64,000 nucleotides of DNA, taken from the IMG/VR virus record IMGVR_UViG_3300025133_009393, one strand, 5' to 3'. The notes under the pieces were generated by a model. The model saw only the letters and a list, made by a program, of their open reading frames with translations, was not told the DNA's origin and did no database searches. Positions 59,101-64,000 of the stretch are shown piece after piece; the stretch's first letter is position 1, and each line of letters opens with the position of its first letter. The stretch is from a virus. Position numbers and translations under genes: made by a program.

Positions 59101-60638
59101 GCCTTGCTTATATCACCTTCGAAGGGTATGCTATCTATGAAAGCTCGGCTGACCGCAACAAAAACGTGGCGGCGGCCGTCTCTGGGGTCTATATAGACAC
59201 CAAAAGAGTCCGGAAACCTCTCCGTCTGATATCGGCCAGCGACGTTTGCCGCGGCTGTAGCCATAGCCCCCGGGGGTGGATTCGGTACAAAAGCTATATC
59301 GTTAGATATCGGAGCTTCGGTTGGTGGGGGCTTGGGATCCAGCAAAGATATTTTTTCCATCAACGCGGCGCGCGTATTCAGGCCGGCTGATTCCAAATTT
59401 TTTCTAAAAAACTTAACTACTTTTTCTACGCCATCTGCTCTTTGTTCAAGATAGCCCGGGCTTGGTAGAAGACGAACTACTTTTACACACCAAAAATCCT
59501 CTCCAAGTAAGCCTGGATCAGGAATTGGAAGATTCGGATCTTTTTCAAGCCAAGCCAAAGGATAGCGACGTATCTGAACCAGGCGTGTTTGCCACCTCCG
59601 TAAGCCCCATTGCCCTTTTTTTGGCAGCGGTATATCTTGAAGTACGGAAGGGATAGCAATGTTTGGATTTCGTTTTACTCTTTCATAGCCATGAAAATTT
59701 AACTGATACTCGCGAGTTTGAATAATGTCCAAGCCATGTTGTGGCGCCTTCGGGTGTGGAATTTGATCTAACTTAGAATCCCAACGCTCTCCTTTGATAT
59801 AAGGGCCGGGCTTATTCGGGCCTAGGCCTACGTAGTACGTTGTAAAGGTCTTCAGTCTGCACAACATAGGGGCACAATCGTCCATCTTTTTGTACCAATT
59901 GAAGCCTTTGTTTTTGCTCATCGAGTCAGCAATCGAGGCTGGTGTCCAGGTATAGTTTTTTGGTGGCTGTGAAGGGAATGGCAGCGGATGCCATGGTGGC
60001 TTGGCCGGATCGGTTTCGGGGGCCGCCCCTTCCAAAACAGGTGGGAGATCATCTAAAAGCTTGACTAGTGTTTCGCGGAAATTAGCTTCATCAATATTGA
60101 AACTAGCCTCATATCGAAAAGAATATCCATCCAAATCTCCGTGCGTTTCAGCGGGATTAATAGAGTCAGCAAAAGGAAAGTCTGCACCTATGGTGAAATC
60201 CTTAATCTGAGAAAACCAGTCTATAATAAAACTCGGAGGCGGATCAGGATGAGGGTTCACATCCGGATCAGATGTACCCCAAAATTTAGGCCAGTCACTA
60301 TGAGTGCCGGTACCAATGACCCATCTAAAATCTATCATCTTTGTGAGTTTTTTGGAATATTGTATAGCAGAAGCATGAGAAACCGGGTCGCCGTCGTCTA
60401 TACCTACAGACTCTCTCCATACTCTAAATTTTTCACTATCTTTAGTAAAGAATTCATAGAAAGTCTTCTTAACTGTAAATTCAGATGACTTTATTATTTG
60501 CTGAAGTGAATCCTCTGAAATTTCTAAAGTCCAGCCGCCGGTATCATGATACTCTTTCCAAAAATTCTTCTTCGTAGAAACTCCTGAAATATTATATTGA
60601 ATATTCGAAGGCGATTTTAATGTTATAACTGTTCCCAT
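50145..60638 (-). CDS. Giant (3497 aa) tail/baseplate-associated protein with C-terminal coiled coil and hydrophobic tip
   Basis: Uninterrupted ORF between the spike and gp25. Largely helical, with a coiled coil at ~50400-50760 and a Pro-rich/hydrophobic segment at ~50240-50390. Confidence 0.6.
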   Translation of the reverse strand: MGTVITLKSPSNIQYNISGVSTKKNFWKEYHDTGGWTLEISEDSLQQIIKSSEFTVKKTFYEFFTKDSEKFRVWRESVGIDDGDPVSHASAIQYSKKLTKMIDFRWVIGTGTHSDWPKFWGTSDPDVNPHPDPPPSFIIDWFSQIKDFTIGADFPFADSINPAETHGDLDGYSFRYEASFNIDEANFRETLVKLLDDLPPVLEGAAPETDPAKPPWHPLPFPSQPPKNYTWTPASIADSMSKNKGFNWYKKMDDCAPMLCRLKTFTTYYVGLGPNKPGPYIKGERWDSKLDQIPHPKAPQHGLDIIQTREYQLNFHGYERVKRNPNIAIPSVLQDIPLPKKGQWGLRRWQTRLVQIRRYPLAWLEKDPNLPIPDPGLLGEDFWCVKVVRLLPSPGYLEQRADGVEKVVKFFRKNLESAGLNTRAALMEKISLLDPKPPPTEAPISNDIAFVPNPPPGAMATAAANVAGRYQTERFPDSFGVYIDPRDGRRHVFVAVSRAFIDSIPFEGDISKAKLHDHKQYCAEHGGCFNTFFDLGASSFSTTMKKIASILRRYDKKVKDFERRGGVIHHLDLAHEARQLESLNDIVDEFLKYPGQGYEPEGFPEGIKTPRAYMEFQCAQDNMLISQVSFGAKTTALSICHVGLECLRNKISPRTLHLVSLYKEIYAYDTKKKGNTDEWIEFVNGVIYPAVKIYPNGSGMTASDYEAVQGKEKKDKERLDELYQKSILTEKEYHEQQELEKTVAIRKSRTQAYLAASKERDSDSDPIYEPSWLESEEWKTFEDIYMKLFNQVDMKHVWAQILKCLSHLAGIPLTGEALCEYLFRELLKAIGVDEMRLVLSASGAVTMGTIDGLTTSAFGGTPEEIFTGESTNSNSVIQQGLHDVEAIASSAAGAQSEMQSQVESDYVADPFGVVIGEAVEAGTGMSPAEYTAAQSGVPGDDSGNVAEFMADTAVVAEDVDAFIQELKQFFDFKQICTDITQTMLDLPGDFLEDPTAVFEDLTTPEGSFDWQFLMDFVPDLPTIPKFTFPKYKKITSSNGDLVEIYEDMLWEITAGIVSGLVEGAMSELMNACLTEPGPGPSVGSGEYGVLENRFPAFVSEAAGPALREAYEAYDLPTDNSARFMKNVARMLTGRELCNLFNGVSPQSILMLIRSLIERDYQEYLPALSTLPDIRMFFTHVGSYIDLDVCEEYQEYVPYIEDLCEDFDSLAGKRAALLSHGFSDEEIESQLKNELDGNLEKIKDLMSLLRQDPSELLRNKLPTLRCEDLIPGGVAPSIARANKMVLDTIFGIIKNIFRKEASSIKAIISPDPAREAAVMADMAAVLGSMDEWVASAPDYKKYPAPKFTTDPGLDQLGAVAPGRGPMITRQKESKSFVFADKGRGWKITDDRHIEGAQRGKPNDAPEFLYIDGKYVFNHTPAVLIREDDWWQQWMDNWPSGRKRYYAVILKRPLTFQYETDYEEKNVHYEKSGKTIVDFAYEDYVMAFCYDKTGRHPGGFNEKNGSGLVSLADKQTLKRLMDEQGTYQIAGSPLPRGYPTSPIDFGEGGNTDDDGYKNWCRYHARGHDLEPGLPHRSCTTLIPLQELRDRGLTFELPQQDPAALMKAEPPLKPFQRLYDSLSDRSALKRESAPDVRYVPGHHVPITGEEEVWIGGYWSYGELSKDDEAEADAMTRSELAIEAKEVATSSQSKLVWVPGHYKQPAHWVKGEWIYDDKDSTVKHILTVPRSEAQSQLLTAVNGPTSTAGSYGTDPSHKDPTTMKPEFFEMIRDYDPGAEKAMRQAFSLALTGRPDETYEEVSGITSKATSKLMDRVNQSSLEVSYEVIESDIDASGKSSDAFRINVDNSGLKLIDELETKDWSQASLNAMEASGIDITKQPRSVADLFGKLTVAQFTRRLPWKSNPSSDADPNFAVKDFSLTQQSEEKISAVFANHIHPFETERIVHKMRERTLVSPFFSVKFIDKFIRKLFLTSYSDICEFNDGTVAERLLGLEPLREQIDNRLREVLCRQPLLISEEDKKIMQQDAMYLEAVEGSKDQALGLEPIEEASLDGLLQMRLRLSAMQILFEYLPVATTFDVRPAMHKQYFRSLAINRVMNQLKSESPEYYELIGARCSSILLDELADGRGITQHPNKSYHKHTYEIDKNGDGWAVEIVSPGADPQGFGRPHKHRIKNYVLHKPIYTVGLDDGKNYNHKHELEEDHKRWPAHKAIERIFERQYSVMVATMNRLLDDLGHSHLRIKNYHDFVDNLIIAPFASGLNTNQLYAVGRPAAHQFGIAGPTEHPDYGLYINSKSPDNNLVEYTNDWNKGAAQKTKNGGALVANHSANAYPSNLFKMSVSNQEKLLRDGGFILQPYLWVQHRNAAGDPQTPGQHSKIYNTAFNKTYPMPQPTDTLGNPMAIDVPDLATLDPFIQVFEDKDRPYEKLDEAGVSSIDFWGEVFEKIAGPFDYLYDVVMETPLGHRRPFGWNIAHGHVPEVGAHAAKDADKYQEMLQKVDDLFDIIYSFDCMRPCQGIFRYKDDISASRDVAVNKITKSKSTPWKVLTVDVPAPDVPPAGTMLDYATLETQTSAGLKNLVGFRKLGPAFPFASPNHNAGHTIDGLPRLVHDVYESYVKDKASPNIGYEFLHEDGEPLDLHMNEDGTMDVQTTDYGFFPVSNPNYTGIITLEAVHKQYLRYRKAYKLSFLESSAVDLYMEEDDPQFKENQIKLEAAVKNAEHAAYSRLVDLKNKFIRLSAMNTTLHLGLTGVEAKARAHIDVHMTVGETPMDAGQLYNMSDEYYDFNPQYDRLVYNPKYPPGYVMTAEGAKETWTGGNNPVGLESDPLVMVAGGPTVANTDKYVKLHTTSDRRVFGWSHVLENANLIMIDSAFGQLADEHGWHNAETHFSEILEQGMAYPRISLEYGQGGRGSYNYGGMIPSTTEAGAYFEEVSEWEKQNAGSPLNSHSTGPDDFHAGGNYRPGYKYSFWSGEYDSITVPKTGHVNATTLQYFKQYFICMKYGLRLMYVPPADKYGGGRHQGETKEHEDYRAEITKGLSDAMDMLYSDAKKAQDAGSVGTKGIMNSFELMMAKQKAFDLNEYRDRIEYYETSGGTEDGLEHRSLRVHPIPFADALIDVEEIYCTGAPLEFGAFRPPDVGGRGTLAASYAKAVPELMNQLRKTPEYNLLFNHIFPYDRLLSFMCLHAGLSNQDLRMENRFKATREIILDFVMGLIEEGEFELPYSMRPYGSIANYQIGTDAQSTSSHNTPWGDIALKMLYTTPRLILKGVVTLTDPCVSTAITINDLIMTIVNTSIMIAEEVRSGIIASVGLVLSELKTQLEKAESAVGTDDKPGMMEIAIDTTELSIDKLQKEANKQQPPDPSVQFELEQKQQEVAELKAEYEKIKATVQGIKDGIQSAEDALEEAEVEMREAIDEVKKVVEAISPFMVPAISFAQFPVNLPYGFLFPPPPFGWGVGPPMTLFGFIYCLLLITEGLFDAFDQEKEELAQELLEGVDPCAHVPTS

Positions 60639-60651
60639 ATCTTATTCTCTT

Positions 60652-61689
60652 TTAGTTTGTCATATTCCATTTGCTCAAGCTTGGCCACATGCCGCTGGCC
60701 ACGACTTTTTTGTATTCTTCTGAAGTGATCGTCCGGACCCCGGTCTTAGTTTTCTCTAGTTCAACTCTTCCTAAACCCCAATCTATTTTCAAGGTTTTTA
60801 AAAAGCGCTGAAAGTTAAGAATTTCAGTCTTTTGCTCTTTGATAACATCTATCATTTTTTGAGGCAAACTTTTAACCCCCTCTGGCGAGGGAGTGGTTTT
60901 TCCAAAATAAAACGGCGAATGATGCTCGTGGAGCGCAATAACTTCCCATACTTTCAGCGCGTGTTCCATATAACGATCGTACATCTTTGTTGAGTCAATT
61001 ATCTGATCTATAATTACGCTAAGCAGCATATTTAAATTAAGACCTTTTACTAGCGGCTGAATTGGGTAGTCCTCGTCAGTATCCCTTTGTGGATTTTCAG
61101 ATTGATTGCCGGCTATAAGATGAATTCCGCCAACAGATTGTATTTTTCCGTTTTTTGGGCCGCGCGAATCATAAGGATCAGTATAAGTAACTAATTTTAT
61201 AGTTCGGCGGCCGACGATGCGTACATCATCAGCCTTGACAGCTACGGCAGATAACCCCTTTCCAGAGCGAAGTATTTTGCTTTTTATGTCTAAATAATCA
61301 TCTATATTTGCTTTTTGACTAACATATATTCTGGCTGCGTCGCGACGAAAATCTGTGTTTGTATAGGTAGCAGATCCATTTTGATAGGCCTTTGTATATC
61401 TTCCGACAACGATATCAACAGCTCCGCATTGGGTGTGTGTGCGGCCGGCGTAGCCACTGGCTTTTGAGCCCGGGCGGTCGCGTCCGAGAACAATATAACA
61501 ATTATTTGCATCACCTGAGCCTGGACACAGTTCTTCCCAATCAGCTTTAATAAACTTTGCTGAGCCATCGATGACATTACCTCGATCTAGATTCGCATCT
61601 ATTCGATCCTCAACCGAGATTCTATCGTGTTTGTTTTTTATTTTTGGATCTAAATTATCTTGATCTAATGATTTTTTTCCGGTACTCAT
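60652..61689 (-). CDS. Baseplate spike/gp5 C-terminal-like protein
   Basis: Beta-strand repeats (AARIYVSQK, SAVAVKADDVRIVGRRTIKLVT), PLVKG.NL..LL, and an HEH metal-binding tip motif. Follows the gp5-like gene. Confidence 0.6.
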   Translation of the reverse strand: MSTGKKSLDQDNLDPKIKNKHDRISVEDRIDANLDRGNVIDGSAKFIKADWEELCPGSGDANNCYIVLGRDRPGSKASGYAGRTHTQCGAVDIVVGRYTKAYQNGSATYTNTDFRRDAARIYVSQKANIDDYLDIKSKILRSGKGLSAVAVKADDVRIVGRRTIKLVTYTDPYDSRGPKNGKIQSVGGIHLIAGNQSENPQRDTDEDYPIQPLVKGLNLNMLLSVIIDQIIDSTKMYDRYMEHALKVWEVIALHEHHSPFYFGKTTPSPEGVKSLPQKMIDVIKEQKTEILNFQRFLKTLKIDWGLGRVELEKTKTGVRTITSEEYKKVVASGMWPSLSKWNMTN

Positions 61690-61707
61690 TTAATTCCTTT
61701 TGTTTCT

Positions 61708-64000
61708 CTAAGCTTTAAATCTTTTTAATACTTCTATCCATGATATGTTTGATTTATTTCCTTTTGCTACCGTTTTATTGGCGCCGCCGGTGCCCATCCA
61801 AACGCATAGCATACTTGCCGGATGAGTTTTTTGCATTTCTATAACAGCCTCGACGTTGCCGTAGACTTTTCCTGTCTTAGGATTAAACCGGCCGGAGTCT
61901 ATCACGGGAGCAAATTTGCGAGAAGCCTTACGAGCTTCTTTATGATGTATCTTAATCTTCTTTTTATAAGTCTTGGCAATTGTTGCATATACCATCGGAG
62001 CATAAAGATCAAACATTTGATTTAACTCTTTAGTTCTCGCCTTCAACACTCCGGATGACCATTTCGACATGCATGTATTTGCAAGAGGAATCCCGGGAGC
62101 AGTAGCACGAAAAGCTCTTACAAATTCTGACATCCTGCCAACCACATCCGGATAAAAAGGCGATCCACTGGTGCCTAGCCACTGCTTCTCAGCATTAACC
62201 CAATGAAGCTTCGAGCCTAGTTTTAAGGCGCGTTGGGCCATTAAAACACCCTCTCTTGCTGCTTGTTCGTAGCTCGTACAATAACTATACGCCCAAGTAT
62301 GAAGAGGGACATTTGCCCTGACAGAAAGATTCTTTATAATTGCACAATGTTCTGCGAAGCTCTTAGCGCCTCTGTAATTTTTTTCAAACTTCATCTCGCC
62401 GCAGCCGCTCTTCGCACACACAAAGCCAAAATGCTTGATATATTCCGGATTAATTGCATCTCCTGTCGCTCCGGTAGCATAATACATAAAACCAATGGGA
62501 GGGCCTGCGCCGCTTCGCTTAACAGCTGTTTTGAGAGCGCCTTTTAGGACAGGAGCATACTTGTATGTTTTGCATGGAACACAATTGGGCGGCTTTGATT
62601 TGTTGAGCTTGTTTTCTAATTCTTTTATCGTTTCTTGTATTTTGTTTAATTCCTTTTTTAAGTCGTCTGGTGGATTTTCGCCAGCAGCCTTGATCTTTTC
62701 TTGTATTTCCGTTCTTTGTTTTTGAGCTGCAGCAAGACGTTGTTCGTCTGCCGCATTTGAATTATCAGTTCCTGATTTTCCTTCTTTTTTGAAGACCTCT
62801 CCTCCCTCATCAAGAAGTTGGTCTTTGTTCTCCTTGGAAGCAGTTTTATCAGCCTCGGCGGAGGGTGACTTACTTTTTTCTGCAGGAGCTGGGGCTTCCT
62901 TGCCCGGGGCGGGTTTAACAGCTCTTGCTTTTGCCCCGAACCTTATTGCGATGTTAGCAACATATTCTGTTGCACCTTTTTCATCCAAGTGTAAGCCATC
63001 ATGATCTGTTTTTCTACCCATGTACTTGGGAAGATATTTTCCCCAATCTTTAATTGGATCAACATAATATAAAGTTTTGCCATAGCCCCACTGTGAAGAT
63101 AGTGAGGAATTAAAATTTTTGTTGATCGTTGTTCGATAAGCAAATTTTCCTGGCTTTTTTATTTGATGTAAATCATCGCCGGTGTACCTGCCGCCGGGTA
63201 CAACCGGCGGGCAGCCGCATATTATAATTGCACCAGATTGAGTTGGGTTAGTCCAGCCGGCTTGTTGGCGTATTCTCTGTATTAATTTAACCATATCCGG
63301 AGCAGCTTGGGCCTGCCATGGCTCGCCCTTGTTATTACCACCCATACTAACAACAATTAAGGCCGGCTTATATTTTGCAATATATTCAGCAATACAACCC
63401 CACAACTCAGCTTTTGCTGGATTGGTTGCAACTTTACATTTAGATGCATCCGCAGAAAGCCATGGATCAACTCTTGCTCCGGAGCGGTGGACGCGTTTGG
63501 TTTTCCACCCAGAACTCTTGAAATATGCTTCCAATGTTTTACCAAAATATCCGGCTATTTGGCTATCTCCAAAAACAAGACATCTATTGTTTCCCGTCTT
63601 CGGAACTAATGAACCTTTTGCGATTGGGAACGTACTTGTATCAATGGGCGAGCCGCCGCCTTTCCCATAACTCAAGCACCCCTTAATACATTTTTCAGCA
63701 CCCTGTTTTGCAGACATAGCAGCCCTCGCGGCGGCGGCTGCGTCGAGCATGCCAAGCGGCGGTGCAATAACTGGTCCTAAATATATTGGACCGGTCCAAT
63801 TTTGTTTATTTTGATAATCAACCCACACCAATTCTCCAATTTTTGGCTCTGGTACATTGTTATCTTTGGCCGTAAAAGTTGGATGCATATCAATAATATT
63901 ATGATCATCCGAATGTGCCGGCTCCATAACCGGCGAATGAACTTCTGGGATTCTTGCTTTTATCTGTACCCGAACTGACAAGCCGGCTCCAACGTCAGTT
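61708..64000 (-). CDS. gp5-like baseplate hub: OB fold + SGNH hydrolase + coiled coil + GH25-like TIM barrel (5' end outside the window)
   Basis: The frame is open to the window edge. ARIPEVH and P.IGELVWVDY...PIYLG are gp5/VgrG OB motifs. SGNH blocks FGDS, SG, GGN and DGLH. C-terminal FVCAK..TWAYSY..WVNAE..DLYAPMVY. Confidence 0.78.
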   Translation of the reverse strand, partial: TDVGAGLSVRVQIKARIPEVHSPVMEPAHSDDHNIIDMHPTFTAKDNNVPEPKIGELVWVDYQNKQNWTGPIYLGPVIAPPLGMLDAAAAARAAMSAKQGAEKCIKGCLSYGKGGGSPIDTSTFPIAKGSLVPKTGNNRCLVFGDSQIAGYFGKTLEAYFKSSGWKTKRVHRSGARVDPWLSADASKCKVATNPAKAELWGCIAEYIAKYKPALIVVSMGGNNKGEPWQAQAAPDMVKLIQRIRQQAGWTNPTQSGAIIICGCPPVVPGGRYTGDDLHQIKKPGKFAYRTTINKNFNSSLSSQWGYGKTLYYVDPIKDWGKYLPKYMGRKTDHDGLHLDEKGATEYVANIAIRFGAKARAVKPAPGKEAPAPAEKSKSPSAEADKTASKENKDQLLDEGGEVFKKEGKSGTDNSNAADEQRLAAAQKQRTEIQEKIKAAGENPPDDLKKELNKIQETIKELENKLNKSKPPNCVPCKTYKYAPVLKGALKTAVKRSGAGPPIGFMYYATGATGDAINPEYIKHFGFVCAKSGCGEMKFEKNYRGAKSFAEHCAIIKNLSVRANVPLHTWAYSYCTSYEQAAREGVLMAQRALKLGSKLHWVNAEKQWLGTSGSPFYPDVVGRMSEFVRAFRATAPGIPLANTCMSKWSSGVLKARTKELNQMFDLYAPMVYATIAKTYKKKIKIHHKEARKASRKFAPVIDSGRFNPKTGKVYGNVEAVIEMQKTHPASMLCVWMGTGGANKTVAKGNKSNISWIEVLKRFKA

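Larger units (their letters stand above)
1..64000 (-). other. Segment of a large T4-like (contractile-tailed) bacteriophage genome: baseplate, replication/recombination, lysis, packaging/head and fibre modules
   Basis: Co-oriented, tightly packed or overlapping genes, including T4-type terminase, portal, prohead protease, gp25, gp6 and gp5-like proteins. No host housekeeping genes, integrase or att sites were seen. Confidence 0.97.

Noticed and set aside
897-63670. Numerous plus-strand ORFs of 60-200 aa (e.g. 4252..4680, 9283..9756, 54538..54969, 58788..59390)
   Set aside because: All are antisense shadows of long minus-strand genes, with no SD or recognisable motifs.
1-64000. Stop-codon reassignment, as seen in some large phages
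   Set aside because: Coding density is near complete in code 11, and TAA, TAG and TGA all terminate well-defined genes.
1-64000. CRISPR arrays, tRNAs, introns/inteins, DGR or invertase cassettes
   Set aside because: I saw no spaced direct repeats or cloverleafs in the short intergenic gaps. Terminase, primase and portal lack intein-sized inserts, and there is no RT or recombinase gene.

Overview
This window is a 64-kb segment of a large (probably >150-kb) lytic T4-like myovirus genome of roughly 40% GC. It uses the standard genetic code, and every supportable gene is on the minus strand. In transcription order (64000 toward 1) it starts with baseplate genes: a gp5-like hub carrying SGNH-esterase and GH25-like domains, a spike-like protein, a 3497-aa giant, gp25, gp6, a 523-aa virion protein, a 4722-aa gp7-like giant with LamG/MAM domains, and six further baseplate/fibre-attachment proteins. 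Next come a RuvC-like resolvase, primase, an 'MKITK' head-associated protein, a fatty-acid hydroxylase/desaturase AMG, a fused SbcD-SbcC (gp47-gp46) and a holin/spanin-like trio. These are followed by the large terminase, portal, prohead protease, a phage ribosomal protein bS21 and fibre/depolymerase genes. The most notable signals are: (1) a highly iterated palindrome GCCGGC, about one per kb in several reading frames; (2) a family-specific late-promoter motif CTA(A/T/C)TTA; (3) nested 'Russian-doll' domain insertions in the 4722-aa protein; (4) an esterase plus muramidase gp5; (5) an apparently split DUF3751 fold; (6) [ST]-G-[ST] enrichment in virion proteins; and (7) unannotated small ORFs. 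All product calls come from motif recognition by eye, with no database searches.
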